Origin: Vicugna vicugna | Taxonomy: Eukaryota | Reading direction: 5' to 3' | NCBI GenBank assembly: GCA_013265495.1 | Contig: MU058252.1 | Span: 902,244-966,243, forward strand | Length of the DNA stretch: 64,000 nt | Shown: piece by piece, positions 50,901 to 63,503 of the stretch | How the letters are laid out: every line of letters begins with the position of its first letter | Numbering within the stretch: the stretch's first letter is position 1 | The notes under the pieces: generated by a model | Seen by the model: the letters and a program-made list of their open reading frames with translations, nothing else | Told to the model about the DNA's origin: nothing | The model's database searches: none | Position numbers and translations under genes: made by a program

Positions 50901-53379
50901 CCTCAGCCTGGAACTAGGTCCGTCCTCCTTTCTGGGCGAGAGGGAGGGGGGAGGAGGGGAAGAGGAGGTGCAAACGCGAATCTCTTCGCAATTGGGCTAA
51001 TGCTCCTCTGCGAGCAGGAGTTCTGGCGGCGGCCCTGCGGGTGGGAGGGCGCGCGGGAGCCCGGCGGGGAGAGGAGGGCAGGCGGCCGCTCCGTCCCAGC
51101 GCCCGGGCCTGAGCGGGTCAGTGAAGGGCCGGGCCTGGCACCGACGCAGGCTGGGGGAGTGCGGGGCGGTGGAAGGCGGCGTGCATCGAACAGGAAGTGC
51201 ACGGCGTGCAGCGCCGCTCTCCCGCTCCCCCCTCCGCCCCACGCCGCCCCCGGGCAGCCGCGCACCGCCGCCCGCCGGGCGGGCGGGGGCTCCTCTCCTC
51301 TCCCCTCTCCTTCCCCGTGGCCGCGGCGGCGCGGGACTCGCTCACAGATGATTTCCGACTCACCTCGTTCCCCAGCGTCTGTTTACCCCTGCCCCCCTAA
51401 AACACGCACACGCGCGCTGGGCCCCGCAGACCCGGCAGCGGCGGAAGCACGAGTTTCCGTGGGATGCGCGTCGACCCGCACGTGCCTCTCGGGGAACCGC
51501 GGCCGCCGGGGGCCCCCAGCCGGCATGCGGACTTGAATGCGCACTGAGTTGCCGGTGTCGCGGGCGGAGTTCGGGTTTTCACCCCCACCGCACCAACCCC
51601 ATCCGGCTTCTTTCAGGTTCACCGAGGGATCCACGGTAAGTGTCGGGCGAGGTATCAGCCGCCCGGCGCCGCGGAAAACGCTGGTTTCTAAGACTGTGGA
51701 AGAAATGCTGGGGGAGAGGGCTGGAAACCCCGGGAGTGTCCCAACGTGCTGCGACGGTCCGAGCCACCGCGTTACTCCTCTAGCACCGCCCGTAGGCGAG
51801 GGCCAGTGGGAGTTCTCTGGGGTGGCGGTATGGCACCCCTAGGTGTGCCCTAGGATGTCGCGACCCTGGCACTGGCTAGAATTTAGGTGAGTGCTCGGTC
51901 AGGAGTCACCTCCCCGCCTGCTCTAGGTTCTGAGGACAGGGTGGTCCCCAAAAGTCACCGGAGGGCCCTGAATGCTGGTGTCACCTCAGCTGCTCCCCGT
52001 AGTCAATGATGCTGGAGGCCACCCGAGAAAGTCGCTTTGGGAACGCCATGGGGGCGGTGAGGAGATGGCTTTCACTCCCGTCCAGGTGCAGAGATTCGCA
52101 GAGTTCTCTCCTCTGGGGAGGAGGGGTGAGCCCCCTTGAGGGACGCCCCATAGGCCGTGCCTCCCACCGACCCAGAGCAACCCTGGTTCAGCCATCTTTC
52201 CCATTTCCCTTTCCAGTCCGAGTTCCACCCGCTTGTGTAAAATCTCCTGCAGTCCGGGTGTGCGGTGGTTCAGAGGGGTGGATTTCTGGTGGGTTTGTCT
52301 TCCTTCTCCTTCCTGCTCTCCAGTCCAGAATGGAGCCAGACTGAAGACCCTCCGTCCTGGAGCAGTGCTTTCTGGACAGAAAGTGCAGTGCTCTGGAGGG
52401 GACCACACCTGGGTTCAAAACCCAAGTGGCCACCCCACCCCACAGGTGTGGAATTTCTCGCTTTGACCATATTTTGACTGGCTGCCTGCAGAGGATTTCC
52501 AGAGACTTAGGGAGACTGCACTATTCCACTGAATGCTGGGAACACTGATTAGAAGTGGGAAACGGTGGGCTTTCAGCCTACCATGACGTGGTATAAAGCC
52601 TGCCCTTACCCACTCAAAATGACCCCCCACTGCCATTTGCATTTCACCTCTTTGGTTTAATATTTTAACCCCTGTCACAATGATAATTTGCCAAGGCATG
52701 CAAATCACTCCACTTGCTGAGAAGTGGTTTGGAAAGGAGAGACGGAGAGTTGGCAAGGGAAGTCAGGAGAGCCACTGGAGAGGAGGTCCCTGCTGGGACC
52801 GATTCACAGTGAGGAAGCCACTGGGTTACTTCTCATACTGAAGGCTTCGCCTGAAGCCTGTCATGGTTGCTGGGCCATGTCTGGCGATTGTTAGAGTACG
52901 TACTGTTGTCAGGTGACTTGAGGAAATATATGCCAAAGCATTCATTAGTAAAATTCATTTGTTCCCTGAGTTTGTTTTGTTGGAGTACAGACTTTACCCC
53001 CTGAGAATCCTAAATGAAAACATTTTACCTGATTGCCTGAATCTTAAGAGCTTTTTGTTGTTGTTGCTGTTGTTCCACACATTAATTTTTCTGAAATCTG
53101 AGTGTTTCTTATAGATGGCATCAGAAGATGCTTACCAGCCCCTTTTTTTCTTCTGAAAAGATATTAATAAATTGATCATATATCTTCCAATCAGTGGAGT
53201 CTTAGAATGGAGGGAACACAGTGATTGTTTTGCACTGGGGTGCCCTGGGGAACCTTGTCTGCCTGCAACTTGCTGCACACAGTTATTTTGGTCAGCAGCT
53301 CAATGCGGCATGCCCAAGCCACAGTGTCTAGTAATGACCCTGGCATCTGATTGTTTCTGAACACCCTGACCTATGACCT

Positions 53380-53993
53380 CTTTTGAAAAATTAATACCAT
53401 AAAATAGATGCTGAAGAAAATATAAAAATCTTAAATAAAGGCAGTGGCATGATGTTGCCTCTTACCTCAGGCTCCAGTGATCCTGTCTTTATGTAAAATT
53501 TTGATTTTTTTGGTATAAAATGAAGTTTATAGATGTATTTTTTCCCCCCAAATTCAAGCAGAGCCTCTTAGTGGTCACCAGGTATCAGTGAGACTGTCTG
53601 CATTTTCTAGTGACCTGGCAGTTAGGACTGGAATATGTGACGAATTCTGGCCAGTGCCATGTGAGTAGAATTAGTAGTAGCACTTCGGGGTCGAGCAGTG
53701 AAGAGCTGCTGCATCTCCCCCCGTGTTCCCTCCTCCCTGCCATGATCTTGGAAGCCACACGATCCAGATGGTGCCCAGTACGATGGACGAGTGCAACTCA
53801 ACTGGCGTTGGACTTGGTTGAATTCGGTTAGGCCTCTGAGATTTTGATAATTATTTGTTATCACAGCATAGTTTTGCCTATTAAAAAATACTGCATTGAA
53901 ATATTACTTATCTTCATGACTGAGTTTGGGGCACCCCCTTCCATTTCATACCCAGGGCAGGGGCCTCATTTACCTCACCCTAGTGTGGCCCTG
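53380..53993. mobile_element. MER96B-like hAT element interrupted by a MaLR LTR
   Basis: gatcctgtctttatgtaaaattttgat on the left and tgcattgaaatattacttatcttcatgactgagtttggggcacccc...cctcaccctagtgtggccctg on the right. Confidence 0.65.
53585..53880 (+). mobile_element. MaLR LTR fragment (MLT1I/J-like)
   Basis: atgtgacgaattctggccagtgccatgtgagtagaa...gcctctgagattttg...tttgttatcacagcatag. Confidence 0.7.
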
Positions 53994-55127
53994 TCCTTCA
54001 TCTGATTGACAGAAGGGTGAGAAGCAGAGGTGAGCCAGGACCGTGGGCTGTCATGGGAACCAGCTTGCAAGTTCCAGGAGGGCGAGTTGAGGCCTCTCCC
54101 AGGACTGCCACTGACCTGTGGTGCGGCCGTGAGAGTCTGGAAGAGGAGGGGGGGGTGGCCTTTAGAAGATTCCTAAGGCCTCATTAAGAGGGGCTTGTAT
54201 TTGTCCTGATTGTATTTTGTATGTCTTTGTTAATTTTATTGCTCTAGTAATCCCTTTTTTATCAAATTTTTCAAAAGTCTCATTGTACAACGAATTGAAA
54301 ATTTAAAACCAACAAGGAAGCAAAAGAGCCCTGGTCCTTCCCTGCAGGTGGTTTAAGGCAGAGCTTCTCAGGAGAAGGGTGCATGTGGATGACAGGTCCA
54401 CTGGGGGCATTATTTGCCTAGGTGGCTAATAGTGCAAGTTACTGATACATGGTGCCTTCTCTGTGCCATTGCTGGGGTCTTTCACAGGTTTAGTCCACCT
54501 ATGGGAGGGGATGTTATTAACCCTGTTTTATATCGCACATATGCGTTGGTATAATTACTGTACCACCACTAACACCCCAGACTAACATCACCTGAACATT
54601 TGATGTATCTCCAGGGCTCCAGGTCATCACACTGGCCCACCACCATGGTGCCACCTCTTCTCCAGCCAGGGCAGCATTTCATTCAGAGAAGATCATTTAA
54701 AATGCTGCACCGAGGACCTGCACTCTAAGTGAGAAGTGAAATACACAGAATACAACAAAAGAAACCCTTGATTAAGAGCTTACAGGATGTTTAATTTTAC
54801 TTAACCTAGTGTTCTAGACTGACTGGTCCCTACCCATCCACCCCCCAACACCAGCTTTTTTTTTTTTCGTTTTGTCTATTAATATCCCATAGAAATGAAA
54901 TGACTTTGGAAACCATGAGTCATCTTTGTAGAGCATTGACAACTTAGAAAATCTTAGAATTGATGGTGTACTCATGGATTTAAAGTCCAGACTTTTCCTG
55001 TAAAATTGGAATATTCCAGTTAGAAGAAATCTTGACGATCATTTAGTTCAAGGGTCCCATAGACAAGACATCTGTGTCTGATGAATTCCTATATTCAGTG
55101 GCTACATGTTCCACTGTCAGAAAGAAG

Positions 55128-55438
55128 AAAGGAATTAACTTTTTTAACATTTTTTATTAATTTATAATCATTTTACAATATTGTGTCAAATTCCAGTGTA
55201 GAGCACAATTTTTCAGTTATGCATGAACATATATATATTCATTGTCACATTTTTTTCTCTGTGAGCTACCATAAGATCTTGTGTATATTTCCCTGTGCAA
55301 TACAGTATAATCTTGTTTATCTATTCTACAATTTTGAAATCCCATCTATCCCTTCCCACCCTCTGCCCCCTTGGCAACCACAAGTTTGTATTCTATGTCT
55401 ATGAGTCTATTTCTGTTCTGTATTTACACTTTGTTTTG

Positions 55439-55469
<31 letters not shown>

Positions 55470-56384
55470 TTAGATTCCACATATGAGCGATCTCATATGG
55501 TATTTTTCTTTATCTTTCTGGCTTACTTCACTTAGAATGACATTCTCCAGGAGCGTCCGTGTTGCTGCAAATGGCGTTATGTTGTCAGTTTTTATGGCTG
55601 AGTAGTATTCCATTGTATTAAATATACCATATCTTCTTTATCCAGTCACCTGTTGATGGACTTTAGGCTGTTCCCATGTTTTGGCTATTGTAAATAGTGC
55701 TGCTATGAACATTGGGGTGCAGGTGTCATCCTGAAGTAGGGTTCCTTCTGGATACAAGCCCAGGAGTGGGATTCCTGGGTCATATGGTAAGTCTATTCCT
55801 AGTCTTTTGAGGAATCTCCACACTGTTTTCCATAGTGGCTGCACCAAACTGCATTCCCACCAACAGTGTAGGAGGGTTCCCCTTTCTCCACAGCCTCTCC
55901 AGCATTTGTCATTTGTGGATTTTTGAATGATGGCCATTCTGACTGGTGTGAGGTGATACCTCATTGTAGTTTTGATTTGCATTTCTCTGATAATTAGTGA
56001 TATTGAGCATTTTTTCATGTGCCTTTTGATCATTTGTATGTCTTCCTTGGAGAATTGCTTGTTTAGGTCTTCTGCGCATTTTTGGATTGGGTGTAAAACA
56101 ATGAATCTAGAACACTCTCTTACACCATACACAAAAATCAACACACAATGGATCAAAGACTTAAACATAAGACAAGATACAATAAACCTCCTAGAGGAAA
56201 ACATAGGCAAAACATTATTAGACATACATCTCAAAAATTTTCTCCTAGAAGAAATAAAAGCAAGAATAAACAAATGGGACCTAATGAAACTTATAAGCTT
56301 CTGCACAGCAAAGGTAACCATAAGTAAAACAAGAAAACAACCTATGGAATGGGAGAAAATTTTTGCAAAAGGAATTAACTTTTT
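55128..56384 (-). mobile_element. Young 5'-truncated, 5'-inverted L1 with a 17-bp TSD
   Basis: TSD AAAGGAATTAACTTTTT at 55128-55144 and 56368-56384. Minus-strand ORF2 C-terminus ([20 protein letters not shown]...LLHCWWEC...) with 3'UTR, joined to a plus-strand ORF2 piece ([17 protein letters not shown]...EWEKIFA). Confidence 0.95.
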
Positions 56385-56520
56385 GACTACCTCTTACATG
56401 CCAGGCATTCTGTTAGGTAGTTCATATTAACTGTCTTACCTGAATTCTGTTAGAATCCCCTAAGAAAACTCTCACAGGCATTTTGCAGATGAGGGAAGCT
56501 GAGACCAGCTGTTAGAGTGC
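56385..56520 (-). mobile_element. MIR fragment (host of the L1 insertion)
   Basis: acctcttacatgccaggcattctgttagg...cattttgcagatgagggaagctgag. Confidence 0.65.
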
Positions 56521-59269
56521 TTGGAGGTTCATTTAACTTCTGTCTGTTGATCTTCATTTGCTGTGACCTCTGGAAGGACATTAAAAAATGAGGCCCCTCT
56601 TCTTTTCAAAGCTTTGCACGAGGCCAACAATACTATTGAGGAAGCTCCTTCGGTATGAACTTGGACAAATGATTCAACATCTCAGCTGCCTTGGTCTCTG
56701 TGCCTGTGACATAGAGCTGCAGGGAGAGCAGTGGTCTATACACTCAGGACACCAGCAACTCAATTCTGTGCAAAAAGCAGCTCTTGGGAAAATGAAACCA
56801 CAAGGTCTGGACAGAGGACTTCGTCAATGCTCTGATAACTCACTGGACACCAAGCAAAGGGAGTGTCAGCTAATTGTGAAAACCAGGCTGAGAGGCACAT
56901 TCCAGTCTTTATTTTCCTTTAAACGTGGCCACTGATTGTGTAACCTTGTGATAGCTGTTGCTCGCTGGTGCAAACGGGACCATTCTCTCCACCCACAGAT
57001 AGAAGTGGAGGCAGGTGCTCAGGACCCGCGGATGGGGCTGTCTTGAGACAGCATCTCTCCTGACAGCCCTTTCCCGGATCCCTTTCGATTTTCCCCGGGG
57101 ACCCATGCAAGCCTCTCCTTTCCCTGTCTTCCAGATTCCTCCTCACCCATGATGCCAGTTAACCATAAGGCCGCCCAGGTCATGGAATCCAAGAAGTACT
57201 TTGGATTAAGGTAAGGGTAAACTCTGTGATGGTATCCTCCAAGGACAGATCTGCTGTTCACATCTTTTCTCTGGAAAATAGCCTGCTGCCTTGACCAGCT
57301 CTGTGCCTGACCACACACCCGGCCATTCTGAAGAATGGCAGATTCAGCAAGCGGGGCGTGCGGCGTGACCACGCAGCGCTGTGCAGGGGGCGGTGTCTGC
57401 TAAATGAAAGGGTCGGTAATCCCAGCAATTACGCTCCCATCCTTGACTAAGGGCAGTCATCACGTAAACAGCGTTAGCCAACTGCTGTCTTTGTACAGTT
57501 TCCCCTGTGACATTTGCCCTGGTGATCCAGCACTGCCTCCCATGGGGATAGTGGGTTTGGGCTCCTGGGGCTGCAGAATTTGACGAAAGGTCTGCATGCA
57601 TCGGTCCTCAACTTAGTTCTGAGCCTTGAACACACTACTAGCATACAAATGAACCCTGGGAAACTGGGAAATACGGCTAAGGTACAAGGACAGGGGTAGA
57701 TGCCTTAATCTGAATATGGCTTGTGACCGATTTCTGTCTGCTTGCTCACCCATCTATTTTGAACATAATTAAATTGTGCAAATTAATTGTAATAATTTCC
57801 AGAGAAAATCACATTACCTTGGTGATTATACTGGCCCCAGAGTTCACATATTGCCGTTCAGGTCTGAACATGAACTTGTACAGGAGGGTGATTATCAGCA
57901 CCAGTGTTACTGTCCCTTCATGTGACTTGCAGGTGATCACACCTGGCCTTCAGAATGCCAGTTACAAGAAAAAAAAGGCAAAGAAAAAAAGGATATGCTA
58001 GTTTTCAGCTTTTCAAGATTCCAGAAAAAAATACTATTTACAGTCCCTTGGGATGGCAGCATTTGGAGAGCACCAGGCCGTGGTCTGGATTTTCAGATGG
58101 ATACAGACCTGGGCTGCTGACCTCCAAGCCCCCTTGCAGATGCATAGTTACCATCCTGACTCTCAGAGAGAGCTGTGTCCCTGCCACGAGGGCCCAGCCA
58201 CACCCGGGGTTAAACCATGCATGACCCTCCCAGCGTCTACCCCTGTCCTTGTACCTTAGCCCTTTACCCCGTGATCAGTAAGCGCCCAATTGGTGCTGGG
58301 ACAGAGCCCACAAGAGGCTCGAGTCAAGTGCTCTCAAGGACAGCGTGATTTTGACAGCCCTCCTGACACCACGTGGGTCAGAAAGGTATATTGTAAGATG
58401 TTCCTAAATATAACTCCTCAGGGTTGCGTGAAGTCTTGGGAGAGAATGGAGAGAGAGATTTTCCAAGTAAAACTTGGTGCCGTGGGCTTGCATCAGCTCA
58501 TTTTAGATCATTGCGACAGACACTCCTGACAGCATCATTGTGCCAAAGGCCTGACTTGTTTTTCCTGTCCCCACTCATTGTGGCTCTTTACCCTCTGGGT
58601 CAAAAAATAAAGCATAATTACAGTGTTCATTGTTCTTTGACCAGCCTGAGAGAACATTTTCCTGCCCTTGTAGCTTATTCCCCCAGGGCCCAGGGCTTTC
58701 CAGCAGCTGATGGAGATGGTGCGCAGGCTGCTCTGGGTGCCCAGGGTACTCAGGTAGAGGACAGGGTCGAGCACGGGGCACACTGCGGATACACCAGGGC
58801 TCACACACGGGCCGGCACACTGTCCGTGGCTCTTGTGGTTGTAAGAGGCCAGGAAAGCAGCTCTTTTCGATCAGAGTTTCAAGGAGAGCCTACATTTCCA
58901 TGGGACAGTATCGCACGTTGCAAGTTTATCTTTGCAAGTTTAAGAACTGATACACCTAGAGAATTATGTCCTTTATTTACTCCCTTCATAAGCCTGATCT
59001 GATTTCTCAGCGTGTCTGGAGACTTGCTCTTTCGCATGAGGCTGTGTTTTGTGAGGTCATTGCCTCTGCTCTTAGATCTATTCTCCAACCTGCTGCTTTG
59101 TGTTGCCAGAAACTACAGTCCCAGGATCTCTGGTGTTTGGCCAGTGGAAGGCAATGGGGGCAGCTGGAGTCTGGAGTGTAGGATGCTACCGCCAGGCAGG
59201 CGTCCCTGACTCTGGCTCTGACCCTGGATGTTGGAGCAGGAATCTGGAGGACGTGAGGAAGGGAATGAT

Positions 59270-60100
59270 GTGGGCAGCTGAGGAGGATACTGGGAGGGGT
59301 TAGAAGGGCAGTGTGGCCCGAGGTGGCCAAAGGACAGGTGAGCTAGTGTTTGGGGACTTTCATCCAAGTGAGATGGGACAATGTTGGAGAATGTGAGCAA
59401 GAAGGACAGAGTTGGGTCTGAATTTTGAGGATCAGCCTGGACGTCATGTCAACAGGTTGTCAAGAGTAACAGGAGGAAGCCTGGCACACTGGAGTTCTCT
59501 GTGTCATTCAAGCAAGAGATGACCATGGCTCAGACCCCGCTGGGAGCAGCAGAATCATGAGAAGCAGTTGCTTCTGAATGTATTTGAAGACAGAATCCCC
59601 AGAATTTGCGGATAGGCTGGATGTGGGGTCTGGCTGGCGACGTGCATTTGAAAGTCACCAACCAGCCAATGGAGAGCATTTCAAGCCATGAAGTGGGAAG
59701 AGATTCAGGCGCGAGTGTAAACAACAAAGAGAGGAGGAGGTCAGGACCTCGCCCGAGCCCTCCTGGGTTAGAGGTTGGGAAGATGAGGAGGAAGCAGCAG
59801 AGGAGCAGGAGCCGAACTCAAGAGCTGGATCCAGAGCCCACGAGACAGAGCGTCTGGGGAGGGAGGAGCAGCAGGTGTGCTGTCAGCCACAAGACGACTC
59901 AGGATGGCTGTGGGGTTTGGTGACGTGGAGGCCACCGGCAGCCTTGGTGGGGCGGGGAGTGGCGGGATAGAGCCATGGACCCAGCACAGGGTGGACAGCT
60001 GTTTCCAGGAGCCTCCGTACAGAGGGGCAGAGAATTAGATGGTGGGAAGAGAGGAACATGGGTCCGGAGAGGCCTGTCTCATTTGTGAGGGGGGTGTTAC
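59270..60100 (-). mobile_element. L2 LINE fragments
   Basis: gtgagatgggacaatgttggagaatgtgagcaag...caagagatgaccatggctcagac...tatttgaagacagaatccccagaatttgcggataggctggatgtggg. Confidence 0.65.
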
Positions 60101-60479
60101 TCATGTTCGTGTGCTGAGATCATGATCCTGTCACTGTCAGGGGAGGGAATCGACGATGCAGAAAAAGAAGGAAGAGCTGCAGGAGCAAAATCCTGGAGCA
60201 GGCAAGAGGGGCGAGGTGTCCCCACAGAGCCACCGCCCATTGTGTGACGGGAGGAAGAGGGGACAGGAGACACGGGCAGGGGGAAAGGGGTCTTTCCTAG
60301 CCGCTTCTAGTTTTCTCTTGAAGAGGGAGCAATGCCCCCCACGGATGGAGGGAGAGGTGTGGGGGGTCTGAGGAGAGAGGAAAGGTGTGAGCGTCCTGCA
60401 GGAGGTGGGAGGGTGGTGAGCGCACGTGCAGGCGGTTCCCCTGCAGATGGATGGACACCGTGTGCTGCTTCTAACTCAG

Positions 60480-61235
60480 CGATGTGTCTGGAAGATTGTG
60501 CATCCCGGTTTACAGAGCTCTGCTGTCCTTGGAAGTGGCTGCACAGTATTCCATGGTGTGAACATCACATAACTTGTCACAGTCATGATTTATCATTTAT
60601 TACATTATGCATATTGAAGCCGTCCCCTCCAGGTGAAAACCTAGGCTGCTTCCAGGGCTGGAATGCTCGCACGTCACGTGTGTCTTCTCACACGTTCTGC
60701 AGTGTGCAAGCACGTGCTCAGGCGGGAATTACTGGAACAGCGTGTGGATGTGGTTCATTTCGGCAGACAGGAAATTGGTCCCTCTTAGAGGCTGGCGGTC
60801 TTTGCTCCCAGCACAGTGTATGCACACGCCGGGCCCTCTCTGATACAGTATGTTTCCTAACGTTTCGGTATTTTCCAGTCTGTTAAGTGAAAATAGTGTC
60901 TCATTCTACTTTTTTACTTTTACCGTGCTTTCTTCGCACAATGAATGAAGATGAAGACCTTGTGTGCTCTTGTATTTCCTTTACGGTTTCCTTTCTGTGA
61001 TTTTCTGTCTGTGTTCTTTTCCCATTCTCCGATTAGGTGGTAGGTCTTTTTCTTATCTAATTATAGGTGCTCTTTCTAAGTGTTGGAAAAAATTGGCCCC
61101 TTGCCAGTACTGTGGGTTGCAAACATTTTTTCCCAGTGTGTTTGTCCTTTGGCTTTATTTTTCTTGCCATTTTTTGTACAGTTTGTTTTATCGATTTGTT
61201 TTTATGGCTCCTGGGGTTTTCCGTCACATTTAGAA
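60480..61235 (-). mobile_element. Old L1M (L1MC/ME-like) fragment
   Basis: cagtattccatggtgtgaac...ctaggctgcttccag...aaaatagtgtctcatt...gttgcaaacattttttcccag. Confidence 0.65.
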
Positions 61236-62195
61236 GGGCTGTGGGAGGAGCACAGGCCCTGGTGGGGCGTCTGCAGGCAGCTTCGGAACCACTTTGGCAA
61301 CGTGGGGATAAGGATGCCTGGAGAACGTGAGCATGCATGCGTGGGAGATGCTCGTAAATGGTTTTCTTTTCCTCGATGTCAATCCCTAAAGCAGGCCCAC
61401 GGCAGTAGCAAGGTCAGTGCTGTTTGCATTCCAGAATTCTTCTAAAAAATTGCAAATAATTTTCCTGGGCACGTGCTCTGTGACCCTCTGAAGTCCATCC
61501 GGCCGGTCCTTAGAGGTGACGTTCACCCCAGAGAGCTCATTTCCGGGAAGCACTGTCCCGAAGTTGCCATGGGTCCAGGGGCAGCTGAGGGCCTGGCATC
61601 TCGGAGGTGGAGCCTCCTTCCTCTTCCTCATGGAGTGGTCCTTGGGCACTGGCTTCAGAATGACTCGGGAGTTTCCCGGCCTCCTTTCTCAGGGATGTAT
61701 TTAAGGACCAAAATGGCTTCACTCTTGTCTTTCCTGCCAGGGGAATTGCAGGTGCCATGCCTGCCTGTCACCCACCAGAAGGTGTGTGGCTGTGGAGGGT
61801 GCGCTTGGAGAACAGTCCACCATCCCCCTCAGATCTCCAGGCAGGACAACCATGCAGGGAGCTGGCAGCCAAGCCACCTATAGTCCCTGCTTCCAACACG
61901 GGAGGATGTGGAGAAGGGGAGGCCCCCATGTGTCCCCTTTTCCATTTTATGTATGTGATATCTGCACCAGACCTTTGCTGGAGAAAGGTTGTGTTGTAGG
62001 AGGTGCAAATGTGGGTTTAGGGTTACTGATTCTCTGTGAGTCTTTGTGGAGATTACTGAAGGACAGGGGATGGAGTTAGCAGCCCAGGACTGGGGTACTA
62101 CTTCAGGACCAGGTGGAAAGAGGAATTCTTATTAAGGCAGAAGAGAGATCGCACTGACTTTTGGAAAGCGTGGTGGGCTTTGCATGGGGGACTCC

Positions 62196-63503
62196 AGGTT
62201 TACTAATGACTGGGATTATCAAGAGTTGTCTGGGGAAGAGTTCCGAGAAGGAGGGCATGAGACCCAGTAGAGAAATCTGTCTCTACTCAGAACTGTTTCA
62301 ACCAGAGTTGTGTCTAAAACTATGTCAGTGAAGACCCCATTTTTTCAGGGCCAGGGCTGTGTGTGGCTAGCCAACTTGGGGATTTGATGGTTTGAAATGT
62401 GAAAAAGACATATGTTAAGATCCCCAGAGAGAAATTCCTGTTTGGTCTTAAAACCAAGGACAGTTGTCTTTCTCCTGAACTCTTGGGTTTGTTCCTTGTG
62501 GGCACTGGAACTGACCCTTGAGTCTTCTTCACAGATGGCCAGAACACAGAGCATCAAAGCTATAAGCCACCCACGCATGTGGTGTCCACATGTATTCTTT
62601 GTCTTCTTTTTGGGGAATTGCCTCCCACACTGGTGGAAGCTGACCCTCTGAGTCAGTGCTCTGGCCCCTGCCCACCAGCTCAGCCAATCATAACCACCCT
62701 GTCCCGGGAGTGGTCCTGGGCAGCCAATCAGAGCCCTTCCCTGGGATTCTCATGTGCTGAACACAAGGCTGGAAGGCTTCCTCCTGAGCTTGGGGGACAG
62801 TAGCCTGAGAGACTGGGCACAGCACCCGGAGAGAAGCAGGGATGGGGAGAACATAGATGCTTGGTCCCCATTGTCCCTAAGACCAGTCCCCCCCCCTTCC
62901 CGTGTCTTATCTTAAGGTACAGTTGGATATCTGTCTCTTGCAAGGCAAGAGTCCTCACTGATAAACTCACTTTTAATTAACTTAATCTTGTTGTATCTTT
63001 TTTCCCCCTGTATTCTTTCTAGAACAAGGTCAAGAGGGGAAAAAGGGTGCAGGAAGGGAGGAGAGAAGCAAAGGAACAGTATGTAGGCAGCATTTGTCAT
63101 TATCTCAGTATCTGTTACTTAACTGTCAGAGTCTGACCTCCCTGCCCCTCGGCCACCCCTGACTTGTTCTTCGTTCTGGTCAGGTCACCTTGGCCCTCAT
63201 GACCAGGGACCTCCGAGGGCCTGGAGCCCTAGGGTGTATGTCCCCAAGCCCACCCTGCGCATCTGCAGGAATGGGAGGCTCAGGGTTGTCACATTCCAAA
63301 CAGTGCCTGTGGGCTGCCAGGACCAGTTCAGAGGCTCAGGTCAAGCAGAGGCGCTGGGCATTCTTGTTCCTCTGGGGATGCAGGTGAGTGTCCCTGGTGG
63401 GTGTTTATGGGACTGGAGCGCGTAAATCTTCTATAAGAAAAGAATGTTTCCCTTTGTAACTGGAGAAAGCCTGATTAAGGTTTACTAATGACTGGGATTA
63501 TCA
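62196..63503 (+). repeat. Exact 26-bp direct repeat AGGTTTACTAATGACTGGGATTATCA at 62196-62221 and 63478-63503
   Basis: Both copies read directly from sequence. The flanking bases differ. Confidence 0.93.

Noticed and set aside
55638..56430. 227-aa and 152-aa ORFs
   Set aside because: Chimeric L1 ORF2 fragments across the inversion junction, not genes or an autonomous L1.
62196..63503. 26-bp repeat as a CRISPR array
   Set aside because: Only two copies, a spacer of about 1.26 kb, a mammalian context and no cas genes.
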